From Eledone cirrhosa (lineage: Eukaryota), in assembly GCA_964016885.1 (NCBI GenBank), contig OZ024765.1:22940001-23004000 (forward strand): 64,000 nucleotides of DNA. The letters run 5' to 3'. Below, in pieces: positions 1 to 18,700 of the stretch; position 1 is the first letter of the stretch, and each line of letters begins with the position of its first letter. The position numbers were made by a program, and so were the translations under genes. The notes below the pieces were generated by a model that ran no database searches, was not told the origin of the DNA, and saw only the letters and a program-made list of their open reading frames with translations.

Positions 1-1005
1 TTCTCTTCAGTTCAACCATACACATCACATGTCTGTACCAGTGCAGTCTTCTCTCCTACATACTACATCTAATTCCTCTTATACCCAGTTTTTCTCTTCA
101 GTTCAACCATACACATCACATGTCTGTACCAGTGCAGTCTTCTCTCCTACACACTACATCTAATTCCTCTTATACCAAGTTTTTCTCTTTAGTTTAACCA
201 TACACATCACATGTCTGTACCAGTGCAATCTTCTCTCCTACACACTACATCTAATTCCTCTTATACCCAGTTTTTCTCTTCAGTTCAACCATACACATCA
301 CATGTCTGTACCAGTGCAATCTTCTCTCCTACACACTACATCTAATTCCTCTTATACCTAGTTTTTCTCTTCAGTTCAACCATACACATCACATGTCTGT
401 ACCAGTGCAGTCTTCTCTCCTACACACTACATCTAATTCCTCTTATACCAAGTTTTTCTCTTCAGTTCAACCATACACATCACATGTCTGTACCAGTGCA
501 GTCTTCTCTCCTACACACTACATCTAATTCCTCTTATACCAAGTTTTTCTCTTCAGTTCAACCATACACATCACATGTCTGTACCAGTGCAGTCTTCTCT
601 CCTACACACTACATCTAATTCCTCTTATACCAAGTTTTTCTCTTCAGTTCAACCATACACATCACATGTCTGTACCAGTGCAATCTTCTCTCCTACACAC
701 TTCATCTAATTCCTCTTATACCCAGTTTTTCTCTTCAGTTCAACCATACACATCACATGTCTGTACCAGTGCAATCTTCTCTCCTACACACTACATCTAA
801 TTCCTCTTATACCAAGTTTTTCTCTTCAGTTCAACCATACACATCACATGTCTGTACCAGTGCAATCTTCTCTCCTACACACTACATCTAATTCCTCTTA
901 TACCAAGTTTTTCTCTTCAGTTCAACCATACACATCACATGTCTGTACCAGTGCAGTCTTCTCTCCTACACACTACATCTAATTCCTCTTATACCCAGTT
1001 TTCTC
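1..1005 (-). repeat. 91-bp tandem array (~11 copies, runs off window start) derived from the C-terminal coding region of an RTE LINE
   Basis: Unit ttctcttcagttcaacc...atacccagttt recurs every 91 bp. The reverse complement reads KLGIRGIRCSV.ERRLHWYRHVMCM, matching KLGIRGIRCCLLERRLRWYGHVMCM of the RTE at ~22930-23010. Degenerate copies continue to ~1210. Confidence 0.9.
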
Positions 1006-1416
1006 TCAACAATCATCATCCATACACATAACACCTTTGTACCAGTAGTCTTCTTTCTTGCATGTTACATCTGATTTCTCCTATACCCAGGTCTTCCGCT
1101 ATCATAACTTCCTTCCACTAGCATCTCGCATTTCTTCATCCAACAATCATCCATACTCATGACATGTCTGTACCAGTGTAGTCCTCTCTCCTACACACTA
1201 CATGTGGTCTCTACATTTTATATCCCTGCTCTGACCAATCTACCTCCACTCTTCCTTTCACTACCACTACCCTTTACTGTGTAACATCCCCCATGCTTCA
1301 CACTAACCTCCCTCTCCTTTTTTTTTGTTGCCCAATCCTTCCTCCCAAAGTTCATCCCTCTAGCACTCCCTGTTTACCTTTCTTCTGCAGATGTCACCAA
1401 ATGTACAAATGTTTTA

Positions 1417-1463
1417 ATGACAAAAGAAGAAAAACGAAACAAAACAAGATACGTTGTGTTACT
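1417..1463 (+). CDS. Candidate first coding exon of the ABHD4/5-like gene (MTKEEKRNKTRYVVL + phase 2)
   Basis: Strong acceptor (pyrimidine tract + ctgcag at 1390) and ATG at 1417. It ends in phase 2, as the next exon requires, but the donor ct|gtaacc is weak and I recognise no homology. Confidence 0.3.
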
Positions 1464-1478
1464 GTAACCTCTTCAGCC

Positions 1479-1619
1479 TTAACCCTTTAGCATTTAAACT
1501 GACCGCATTGGGCCAGAATTTTCTCACCTTCTTCTGTTCAAACCGGCTGTAACCGACTGCTCGTATTAATGTTAAGGTATTGTCCTCAAAATAAATAACA
1601 CCAAAATCTCATAGATTCG
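1479..1619. mobile_element. Possible piggyBac-type non-autonomous element end
   Basis: TTAA followed by CCCTTTAG; a similar TTAA-CCCTTT end is at 30017. No matching right end seen. Confidence 0.3.
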
Positions 1620-3524
1620 ATATTATGTGAGGTAAAGCCTTTACTGTGAAAATACAATAGTATATATAGAGTAATGTAAATGTTATGTGAGATATTATGT
1701 GAGGTAAAGCCTTTACTGTGAAAATACAATAGTATATATAGAGTAATGTAAATGTTATGTGAGATATTATGTGAGGTAAAGCCTTTACTGTGAAAATACA
1801 ATAGTATATATAGAGTAATGTGAATGTTATGTGAGATATTATGTGGGATAAAGACTTTACTGTGAAAATACAATAGTATATATAGAGTAATGTAAATGTT
1901 ATGTGAGATATTATGTGAGATAAAGACTTCACTGTGAAAATACAATAGTATATATAGAGTAATGTAAATGTTATGTGAGATATTATGTGAGGTAAAGCCT
2001 TTACTGTGAAAATACAATAGTATATATAGAGTAATGTAAATGTTATGTGAGATATTATGTGAGGTAAAGACTTTACTGTGAAAATACAATAGTATATATA
2101 GAGTAATGTAAATGTTATGTGAGGTATTATGTGAGGTAAAGCCTTTACTGTGAAAATACAATAGTATATATAGAGTAATGTAAATGTTATGTGAGATATT
2201 ATGTGAGGTAAAGCCTTACTGTGAAAATACAATAGTATATATAGAGTAATGTAAATGTTATGTGAGATATTATGTGAGGTAAAGCCTTTACTGTGAAAAT
2301 ACAATAGTATATATAGAGTAATGTAAATGTTATGTGAGATATTATGTGAGGTAAAGCCTTACTGTGAAAATACAATAGTATATATAGAGTAATGTAAATG
2401 TTATGTGAGATATTATGTGAGGTAAAGACTTTACTGTGAAAATACAATAGTATATATAGAGTAATGTAAATGTTATGTGAGATATTATGTGAGGTAAAGC
2501 CTTTACTGTGAAAATACAATAGTATATATAGAGTAATGTAAATGTTATGTGAGATATTATGTGAGGTAAAGCCTTTACTGTGAAAATACAATAGTATATA
2601 TAGAGTAATGTAAATGTTATGTGAGATATTATGTGAGGTAAAGACTTTACTGCGAAAATACAATAGTATATATAGAGTAATGTAAATGCTATGTGAGATA
2701 TTATGTGAAGTAAAGACTTTACTGTGAAAATACAATAGTATATATAGAGTAATGTAAATGCTATGTGAGATATTATGTGAGGTAAAGCCTTTACTGCGAA
2801 AATACAATAGTATATATAGAGTAATGTAAATGCTATGTGAGATATTATGTGAGGTAAAGACTTTACTGCGAAAATACAATAGTATATATAGAGTAATGTA
2901 AATGCTATGTGAGATATTATGTGAGGTAAAGACTTTACTGTGAAAATGCAATAGTATATATAGAGTAATGTAAATGTTATGTGAGATATTATGTGAGGTA
3001 AAGACTTCACTGTGAAAATACAATAGTATATATAGAGTAATGTAAATGTTATGTGAGATATTATGTGAGGTAAAGCCTTTACTGTGAAAATACAATAGTA
3101 TATATAGAGTAATGTAAATGTTATGCGAGATATTATGTGAGGTAAAGACTTTACTGTGAAAATACAATAGTATATATAGAGTAATGTAAATGTTATGTGA
3201 GATATGTGAGGTAAAGCCTTTACTGTGAAAATACAATAGTATATATAGGGTAATGTAAATGTTATGTGAGATATTATGTGAGGTAAAGCCTTACTGTGAA
3301 AATACAATAGTATATATAGAGTAATGTAAATGTTATGTGAGATATTATGTGAGGTAAAGCCTTTACTGTGAAAATACAATAGTATATATAGAGTAATGTA
3401 AATGTTATGTGAGATATTATGTGAGGTAAAGCCTTTACTGTGAAAATACAATAGTATATATAGAGTAATGTAAATGCTATGTGAGATATTATGTGAGGTA
3501 AAGCCTTTACTGTGAAAATACAAT
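1620..3524. repeat. 72-bp minisatellite, ~26 copies
   Basis: Unit tattatgtgaggtaaagcctttactgtgaaaatacaatagtatatatagagtaatgtaaatgttatgtgaga; 24-aa periodicity in the artefactual ORFs. Confidence 0.95.
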
Positions 3525-3634
3525 GACAAAAAAAGTACATTACTATAACTCCATTCTCTCATTCACTCTCCTGCCACAATCCACCTCTCTCTTCCCCATC
3601 ACTCAAGTCTCTTCCCCTCTCTCTCTCTCTCTAG

Positions 3635-3720
3635 TGAACGTTGTGAACAGACAACCTGGTTTAACTGGAGACCCACATCTAAGATGCATCTGTCAGGGAT
3701 TGAACACAAGATCTTTCAAT
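3635..3720 (+). CDS. ABHD4: ABHD4/ABHD5-family hydrolase, coding exon (ERCEQTTWFNWRPTSKMHLSGIEHKIFQ+C)
   Basis: (ct)n-ag acceptor and gtaagt donor; 86 nt. WRPTS...IEHKIFQC matches the ABHD4 N-terminus (WRPTSMSQLKNVEARILQC). The final T joins GT at 21619 to give Cys. Not in the ORF track. Confidence 0.9.
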
Positions 3721-3752
3721 GTAAGTTCAGAGATGTGTGAGTGAGCAGGGTT

Positions 3753-6700
3753 CACACACACATACAGACATACACGTACACACACACATACAGACATACA
3801 CGTACACACATACACATACAGACATACACGTACACACACACATACAGACATACACGTACACATACAGACATACACGTACACACACACACATGCAGACATA
3901 CACATGCAGACATACACGTACACACACACACACATACAGACGTACACGTACACACACACATACAGACATACACGTACACACACATACAGACATACACACA
4001 CACACACATACAGACATACCCATACACACACACATACAGGCATACACGTACACACACGCATACAGACATACACATACAGACATACACGTACACACACACA
4101 TACATACATACAGACATACACACACACAGACATACACATACACACACGCATACAGACATACACGTACACACACACATACAGACATACACGTACACACACA
4201 CATACAGACATACACGTGTACACACACATACACATACACATACACATGCAGACATACACGTACACACACATACAGACATACACGTACACACACACATACA
4301 GACATACACATACACACACACATACAGACATACACGTACACACACACATACAGACATACACGTACACACACACATACAGACATACACGTACACACACATA
4401 CAGACATACACATACACACACACATACAGACATACACGTACACACACACATACAGACATACACATACACACACACATACAGACATACAGACATACACGTA
4501 CACACACATACAGACATACACGTACACACACACACACATACAGACGTACACGTACACACACACATACAGACATACACGTACACACACATACAGACATACA
4601 CACACACACACATACAGACATACCCATACACACACACATACAGACATACACGTACACACACGCATACAGACATACACATACAGACATACACGTACACACA
4701 CACATACATACATACAGACATACACACACACAGACATACACATACACACACGCATACAGACATACACGTACACACACATACAGACATACACGTACACACA
4801 CACATACAGACATACACGTGTACACACACATACACATACACATACACATGCAGACATACACGTACACACACATACAGACATACACGTACACACACACATA
4901 CAGACATACACGTACACATACACGTAGAGACATACACGTACACACACACATACAGACATACACGTACACACACACATACAGACATACACGTACACACACA
5001 TACAGACATACACGTACACACACATACAGACATACACGTACACACACACACATACAGACATACACGTACACACACACATACAGACATACACGTACACACA
5101 CACACATACAGACATACACGTACACACACACATACAGACATACACGTACACACACACATACATACATACACGTACACACACATGCAGACATACACGTACA
5201 GACATACACGTACACACACACATACAGACATACACGTACACACACACACATACAGACATACACGTACACACACAGACATACACGTACACACACACATACA
5301 GACATACACGTACACACACATACAGACATACACGTACACACACACATACAGACATACACGTACACACACATAGACATACACGTACACACACACATACAGA
5401 CATACACGTACACACACATATACAGACATACACGTACACACACACATACAGACATACACGTACACACACACATACAGACATACACATACACGTAGAGACA
5501 TACACGTACACACACACATACAGACATACACGTACACACACATACAGACATACACATACACACACATTCAGACATACACGTACACACACACATACAGACA
5601 TACACGTACACACACATACAGACATACACGTACACACACATACAGACATACACGTACACACACACATACAGACATACACGTACACACACACATACAGACA
5701 TACACGTACACACACACACATACAGACATACACGTACACACACACATACAGACATACACGTACACACACACATACATACATACACGTACACACACACATG
5801 CAGACATACACGTACAGACACACATACAGACATACACGTACACACACACATACAGACATACACGTACACACACACACATACAGACATACACGTACATACA
5901 CGTACACACACATACAGACATACACGTACACACACAGACATACACGTACACACACACACATACAGACATACACGTACACACACAGACATACACGTACACA
6001 CACACACATACAGACATACACGTACACACATACATACAGACATACACGTACACACACACACATACAGACATACACGTACACACACACATACAGACATACA
6101 CGTACACACACACATACAGACATACACATACACACACGCATGCAGACATACACGTACACACACACGTACAGACATACACATACACACACACATACAGACA
6201 TACACGTACACACACACATACAGACATACACGTACACACACACATACAGACATACACATACACACACACATGCAGACATACACATACACACACACATACA
6301 GACATACACGTACACACACACATACAGACATATACGTACACACACACATACAGACATACACTTACACACACACATACAGACATACATGCAGACATACACG
6401 TACACACACACATACAGACATACACGTACACACACACATACAGACATACACGTACACACACATACAGACGTACACGTACACACACACATACAGACATACA
6501 CGTACACACACACATACAGACATACACATACACACACACATACAGACATACACGTACACACACATACAGACATACACGTACACACACACATACAGACATA
6601 CACATACACACACACATACAGACATACACGTACAGACATACACATACACACACACATACAGACATACACGTACACATACATACAGACATACACGTACACA

Positions 6701-9700
6701 CACACACACATACAGACATACACGTACACACACACACAGACATACACGTACACACACACATACAGACATACACGTACACACACACATACAGACATACACG
6801 TACACACACGCCTACAGACATACACGTACACACACACATACAGACATACACGTACACACACACATACAGACATACACGTTCACACACACTAGACATACAC
6901 GTACACACACACATACATACACACACGTACACACACATACAGACATACACGTACACACACACATGCAGACATACACGTACACACACATAGACATACACAC
7001 ACACATACAGACATACACACATACAGACATACACGTACACACACACACACAGACATACACGTACACACACACATACAGACATACATGTACACACACACAT
7101 ACAGACATACACGTACACACACATACAGACATACACGTACACACACACATACAGACATACACGTACACACACACATACAGACATACACGTACACACACAT
7201 ATACAGACATACACGTACACACACACACATACAGACATACACGTACACACACACATACAGACATACACGTACACACACACATACAGACATACACGTACAC
7301 ACACACACATACAGACATACACGTACACACACACATACAGACATACACACACACACACATACAGACAAACACGTACACACACACATACAGACATACACGT
7401 ACACACACACATACAAACATACACGTACACACAGACATACACATACACACACACACATACAGACATACACGTACACACACACATACAGACATACACATAC
7501 AGACACACATACAGTCATACACGTACACACACACATACAGACATACACATACACATGCAGACATACACGTACACACATACACATACAGACGTACACACAC
7601 ACATACAGACATACACGTACACACACACACATACAGACATACACGTACACACACACGAACACACGCACATACAGACATACACGTACACACACACATATAG
7701 ACATACACGTACACACACACATACATACATACACGTACACACACACATACAGACATACACGTACACACACACATACAAACATACACGTACACACACACAT
7801 ACAGACATACACGTACACACACACATACAGACATACACGCACACACACACACATACAGACATACACGTACACACACACATGCAGACATAGACATACACAT
7901 GCAGACATACACATACAGATATAAAGGTACACACACACACACACATACAGACATACACGTACACACACATACAGACATACACGTATACACACACATACAG
8001 ACATACGCGTACACACACACATATAGACATACACGTACACATGCATACAGACATACACGTACACTCACACATACATACATACACATACACATGCAGACAT
8101 ACACGTACACACACATACATACATACACGTACACACACATACAGACATACACGTACATACAGACATACACGTACACACACACACATACAGACATACACGT
8201 ACACACACACACAGACATACACGTACACACACACATACAGACATACACGTACACACACACACATACAGACATACACGTACACACACTCACATACAGACAT
8301 ACACGTACACACACATACATACAGACATACACGTACACACACATACAGACATACATGTACACACACACATACACACACACATACAGACATACACGTACAC
8401 ACACACATACAAACATACACGTACACACACACATACAGACATACACGTACACACACACATACAGACATACATGCACACACACACACATACAGACATACAC
8501 GTACACACACACATGCAGACATAGACATACACATGCAGACATACACACACACACATACAGATATAAAGGTACACACACACACACATACAGACATACACAT
8601 ACACACACATACAGACATACACGTACACACACACGTACAGACATACACATACACACACACATACAGACATACACGTACACACACACATACAGACATACAC
8701 GTACACACACACATACAGACATACACGTACACACACACATGCAGACATACACATACACACACACATACAGACATACACGTACACACACATACAGACATAC
8801 ACGTACACACACACATACAGACATACACGTACACACACACATACAGACATACACATACACACACACATACAGACGTACACACACACATACAGACATACAC
8901 GTACGCACACACATACAGACATACACGTACACACACACATACAGACATACACGTACACACACACATACAGACATACACGTACACACACATACAGACATAC
9001 ACGTTCACACACACATACAGACATACACGTACACACACACATACAGACACACACGTACACACACACATACAGACATACACGTACACACACACATACAGAC
9101 ATACACGTATACACACACATACAGACATACACGTTCACACACACATACAGACATACACGTACACACACACATACAGACACACACGTATACAGACATACAC
9201 GTACACACACACATGCAGACATACACGTACACACACAGACATACACACACACACATACAGACATACACACATACAGACATACACGTACACACACACACAC
9301 AGACATACACGTACACACACACATACAGACATACATGTACACACACACATACAGACATACAGGTACACACACATACAGACATACACGTACACACACACAT
9401 ACAGACATACACGTACACACACACATACAGACATACACGTACACACACATATACAGACATACACGTACACACACACACATACAGACATACACGTACACAC
9501 ACACATACAGACATACACGTACACACACACATACAGACATACACGTACACACACACATACAGACATACACGTACACACACACATACAGACATACACGCAC
9601 ACACACACATACAGACAAACACGTACACACACACACATACAGACATACACGTACACACACACATACAAACATACACGTACACACAGACATACACATACAC

Positions 9701-12700
9701 ACACACACATACAGACATAGACGTACACACACACATACAGACATACACATACAGACACACATACAGTCATACACGTACACACACATATACAGACATACAC
9801 ATACACATGCAGACATACACGTACACACATACACATACAGACGTACACACACACATACAGACATACACGTACACACACACACATACAGACATACACGTAC
9901 ACACACACGTACACACGCACATACAGACATACACGTACACACACACATATAGACATACACGTACACACACACATACATACATACACGTACACACATGCAG
10001 ACATACACGTACACACACACATACAGACATACACGTACACACACACATACAAACATACACGTACACACACACATACAGACATACACGTACACACACACAT
10101 ACAGACATACACGCACACACACACACATACAGACATACACGTACACACACACATGCAGACATAGACATACACATGCAGACATACACACACACACATACAG
10201 ATATAAAGGTACACACACATACACACATACAGACATACACGTACACACACATACAGACATACACGTATACACACACATACAGACATACGCGTACACACAC
10301 ACATATAGACATACACGTACACATGCATACAGACATACACGTACACTCACACATACATACATACACATACACACACACATGCAGACATACACGTACACAC
10401 ACACATACATACATACACGTACACACACATACAGACATACACGTACACACACACATACAGACATACACGTACAGACACACATGCAGACATACACGTACAC
10501 ACACACATACAGACATACACGTACACACACATGCAGACATACACGTACACACACACATGCAGACATACACGTACACACACACACATACAGACATACACGT
10601 ACACACACACATACAGACATACACGTACACACACACACAGACATACACATGCAGACATACACTTACACACACACATAGACATACACGTACACACACACAT
10701 AGACATACACGTACACACACACATGCAGACATACACTTACACACACACATAGACATACACGTACACACACATACAGACATACACGTACACACACACACAG
10801 ACATACACGTACACACACACATACAGACATACACGTACACACACATACAGACATACACGTACACACACACACACAGACATACACATACAGACATACACAT
10901 GCAGACATACACTTACACACACACACAGACATACACGGACACACACACACATAGACATACACGTACACACACACATGCAGACATACACGTACACACACAT
11001 ACAGACATACACGTACACACACACATACAGACATACACATACACATGCATGCAGACATACACGTACACACACATACAGACATACACGTACACACACACAT
11101 ACAGACATACACATACACACACGCATGCAGACATACACGTACACACACACACATACAGACATACACGTACACACACATACAGACATACACGTACACACAC
11201 ACATACAGACATACACATACACACACGCATGCAGACATACACGTACACACACACACATACAGACATACACGTACACACACATACAGACATACACGTACAC
11301 ACACACACATACAGACATACACATACACACACACATACAGACATACACGTACACACACACGCATACAGACATACACGTACACACACATAGACATACACGT
11401 ACACAAACACGCATACAGACATGCACGTACACACACACACACAGACATACAGACATACACGTACATACAGACATACACGTACACACACAAATACAGACAT
11501 ACACGTACACACACACATAGAGACATACACGTACACACACACATACAGACATACACGTACACACACATACAGACATACACGTACACACACGCATACAGAC
11601 ATACACATACATACACACACATACAGACATACACGTACACACACACACATACAGACATACCCGTACACACACACATGCAGACATACACGTACACACACAC
11701 ATACAGACATACACGTACACACACACATGCAGACATACACGTACACACACACATACAGACATACACGTACACACACACATACAGACATACACGTACACAC
11801 ACACATACAGACATACACGTACACACACATACAGACATACACGTACACACACGCATACAGACATACACACACACATACAGACATACACGTACACACACAT
11901 ACAGACATACACGTACACACACACATACAGACATACACGTACACACACACGTACAGACATACACGTACACACACACGTACACACAGACATACAGACATAC
12001 ACGTACACACACACATACAGACATACACGTACACACACATACAGACATACACGTACACACACACATACAGACATACACGTACACACACACATAGACATAC
12101 ACGTACACACACACACATACAGACATACACGTACACACACACACATACAGGCATACACGTACACACACACATACAGACATACACGTACACACACACATAC
12201 AGACATACACGTACACACACACATACAGACATACACGTACACACACATACAGACATACACGTACACACACATACAGACATACACGTACACACACTTACAG
12301 ACATACACGTACACACACACATACAGACATACACGTACACACACATACAGACATACACGTACACACACATACAGACATACACGTACACACACATACAGAC
12401 ATACACGTACACACACGCATACAGACATACACGTACACACACATACAGACATACACGTACACACACACATACAGACATACACGTACACACACATAGACAT
12501 ACACGTACACACACACATACAGACATACACGTACACACACATATACAGACATACACGTACACACACACATAGAGACATAAACGTACACACACACATACAG
12601 ACATACACGTACACATACACGTAGAGACATACACGTACACACACACATACAGACATACACGTACACACACATACAGACATACACATACACACACATTCAG

Positions 12701-15700
12701 ACATACACGTACACACACACATACAGACATACACGTACACACACATACAGACATACACGTACACACACATACAGACATACACGTACACACACACATACAG
12801 ACATACACGTACACACACACATACAGACATACATTTACACACACACACATACAGACATACACGTACACACACATACAGACATACACGTACACACACACAT
12901 ACATACATACACGTACACACACACATGCAGACATACACGTACAGACACACATACAGACATACACATACACACACACATACAGACATACACGTACACACAC
13001 ACACATACAGACATACACGTACATACACGTACACACACATACAGACATACACGTACACACACAGACATACACGTACACACACACACATACAGACATACAC
13101 GTACACACACAGACATACACGTACACACACACACATACAGACATACACGTACACACACACATACAGACATACACGTACACACACATACAGACATACACGT
13201 ACACACACACATACAGACATACACGTACACACACACATACAGACATACACATACACACACGCATGCAGACATACACGTACACACACACGTACAGACATAC
13301 ACATACACACACATACAGACATACACGTACACACACACATACAGACATACACGAGACATACACATACACACACACATGCAGACATACACACACATACAGA
13401 CATACACGTACACACACACATACAGACATATACGTACACACACACATACAGACATACACTTACACACACACATACAGACATACATGCAGACATACACGTA
13501 CACACACACATACAGACATACACGTACACACACACATACAGACATACACGTACACACACACATACAGACGTACACGTACACACACACATACAGACATACA
13601 CGTACACACACACATACAGACATACACATACACACACACATACAGACATACACGTACACACACATACAGACATACACGTACACACACACATACAGACATA
13701 CACATACACACACACATACAGACATACACACACACATACAGACATACACATACACACACACATACAGACATACACGTACAGACATACACATACACACACA
13801 CATACAGACATACACGTACACACACATACAGACATACACGTACACACACACACACATACAGACATACACGTACACACACACACAGACATACACGTACACA
13901 CACACATACAGACATACACGTACACACACACATACAGACATACACGTACACACACACACACATACAGACATACACGTACACACACACACATACAGACATA
14001 CACGTACACACACATACATACAGACATACACGTACACACACATACAGACATACACGTACACACACACATACAGACATACATGCACACACACACATACAGA
14101 CATACACGTACACACACACATGCAGACATAGACATACACATGCAGACATACACACACACACATACAGATATAAAGGTACACACACACACATACAGACATA
14201 CACGTACACACACATACAGACATACACGTACACACACACGTACAGACATACACATACACACACACATACAGACATACACGTACACACACACATACAGACA
14301 TACACATACACACACACATACAGACATACACGTACACACACACATGCAGACATACACATACACACACACATACAGACATACACGTACACACACACATACA
14401 GACATACACGTACACACACACATACAGACATAAACGTACACACACACATACAGACATACACATACACACACACATACAGACATACATGCAGACATACACG
14501 TACACACACACATACAGACATACACGTACACACACACACATACAGACGTACACGTACACACACACATGCATGCAGACATACACATACACACACACATACA
14601 GACATACACATACACACACACATACAGACATACACATACACACACGCATACAGACATACACATACACACACACATACAGACATACACGTACACACACACA
14701 TACAGACATACACATACACACACACATACAGACATACACATACACACATACAGACATACACGTACACACACACACACAGACATACACATACAGACATACA
14801 CTTACACACACACACAGACATACATGGACACACACACACACATAGACATACACGTACACACACACATGCAGACATACACGTACACACACACATACAGACA
14901 TACACGTACACACACATACAGACATACACGTACACACACACATACAGACATACACATACACATGCATGCAGACATACACGTACACACACACATACAGACA
15001 TACACATACACACACGCATGCAGACATACACGTACACACACACACATACAGACATACACGTACACACACATACAGTCATACACGTACACACACACATACA
15101 GACATACACGTACACACACACATACAGACATACACGTACACACACACATAGACATACACGTACACACACACGCATACAGACATACACGTACACACACACA
15201 CACAGACATACAGACATACACGTACATACAGACATACACGTACACACACAAATACAGACATACACGTACACACACACATAGAGACATACACGTACACACA
15301 CACATACAGACATACACGTACACACACATACAGACATACACGTACACACACGCATACAGACATACACATACATACACACACATACAGACATACACGTACA
15401 CACACACACATACAGACATACACGTACACACACACATGCAGACATACACATACACACACACACATACAGACATACACGTACACACACACATGCAGACATA
15501 CACGTACACACACACATACAGACATACACGTACACACACACATACAGACGTACACACACACATACACGTACACACACATACAGACATACACGTACACACA
15601 CGCATACAGACATACACACACACATACAGACATACACGTACACACACATACAGACATACACGTACACACACACATACAGACATACACGTACACACACACG

Positions 15701-18700
15701 TACAGACATACACGTACACACACACGTACACACACACATACAGACATACACGTACACACACACATACAGACATACACGTACACACACATACAGACATACA
15801 CGTACACACACACATACAGACATACACGTACACACACACATAGACATACACGTACACACACACACATACAGACATACACGTACACACACACACATACAGG
15901 CATACACGTACACACACACATACAGACATACACATACAGACATACACGTACACACACACATACAGACATACATGCAGACATACACGTACACACACACATA
16001 CAGACATACACGTACACACACATACAGACATACACGTACACACACACATACATACACGTACACACACATACAGACATACACGTACACACACATACAGACA
16101 TACACGTACACACACACATACACATACACACACACATACAGACATACACGTACACACACATACAGACATACACGTACACACACACATACAGACATACACG
16201 TACACACACATAGACATACACGTACACACACACATACAGACATACACGTACACACACATATACAGACATACACGTACACACACACATAGAGACATACACG
16301 TACACACACATACAGACATACACATACACATACACGTAGAGACATACACGTACACACACACATACAGACATACACGTACACACACACATACAGACATACA
16401 CGTACACACACATACAGACATACACATACACACACATTCAGACATACACGTACACACACACATACAGACATACACGTACACACACACATACAGACATACA
16501 CGTACACACACATACAGACATACACGTACACACACATACAGACATACACGTACACACACACATACAGACATACACATACACACATACAGACATACACGTA
16601 CACACACACACACAGACATACACATACAGACATACACTTACACACACACACAGACATACATGGACACACACACACACATAGACATACACGTACACACACA
16701 CATGCAGACATACACGTACACACACACATACAGACATACACGTACACACACATACAGACATACACGTACACACACACATACAGACATACACATACACATG
16801 CATGCAGACATACACGTACACACACACATACAGACATACACATACACACACGCATGCAGACATACACGTACACACACACACATACAGACATACACGTACA
16901 CACACATACAGTCATACACGTACACACACACATACAGACATACACGTACACACACACATACAGACATACACGTACACACACACATAGACATACACGTACA
17001 CACACACGCATACAGACATACACGTACACACACACACACAGACATACAGACATACACGTACATACAGACATACACGTACACACACAAATACAGACATACA
17101 CGTACACACACACATAGAGACATACACGTACACACACACATACAGACATACACGTACACACACATACAGACATACACGTACACACACGCATACAGACATA
17201 CACATACATACACACACATACAGACATACACGTACACACACACACATACAGACATACACGTACACACACACATGCAGACATACACATACACACACACACA
17301 TACAGACATACACGTACACACACACATGCAGACATACACGTACACACACACATACAGACATACACGTACACACACACATACAGACGTACACACACACATA
17401 CACGTACACACACATACAGACATACACGTACACACACGCATACAGACATACACACACACATACAGACATACACGTACACACACATACAGACATACACGTA
17501 CACACACACATACAGACATACACGTACACACACACGTACAGACATACACGTACACACACACGTACACACACACATACAGACATACACGTACACACACACA
17601 TACAGACATACACGTACACACACATACAGACATACACGTACACACACACATACAGACATACACGTACACACACACATAGACATACACGTACACACACACA
17701 CATACAGACATACACGTACACACACACACATACAGGCATACACGTACACACACACATACAGACATACACATACAGACATACACGTACACACACACATACA
17801 GACATACATGCAGACATACACGTACACACACACATACAGACATACACGTACACACACATACAGACATACACGTACACACACACATACATACACGTACACA
17901 CACATACAGACATACACGTACACACACATACAGACATACACGTACACACACACATACACATACACACACACATACAGACATACACGTACACACACATACA
18001 GACATACACGTACACACACACATACAGACATACACGTACACACACATAGACATACACGTACACACACACATACAGACATACACGTACACACACATATACA
18101 GACATACACGTACACACACACATAGAGACATACACGTACACACACATACAGACATACACATACACATACACGTAGAGACATACACGTACACACACACATA
18201 CAGACATACACGTACACACACACATACAGACATACACGTACACACACATACAGACATACACATACACACACATTCAGACATACACGTACACACACACATA
18301 CAGACATACACGTACACACACACATACAGACATACACGTACACACACATACAGACATACACGTACACACACATACAGACATACACGTACACACACACATA
18401 CAGACATACATGTACACACACACATACAGACATACACGTACACACACACATACAGACATACACGTACACACACACATACAGACATACACGTACACACACA
18501 TACATACATACACGTACACACACACATGCAGACATACACGTACAGACACACATACAGACATACACGTACACTCACATACAGACATACACGTACACACACA
18601 CACATACAGACATACACGTACATACACGTACACACACACATACAGACATACACGTACACACACAGACATACACGTACACACACACACATACAGACATACA

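Noticed and set aside
1620-3524. CRISPR-like look of the regular 72-, 61-, 48- and 91-bp arrays
   Set aside because: Whole units repeat without unique spacers, there are no cas genes, and the context is eukaryotic.
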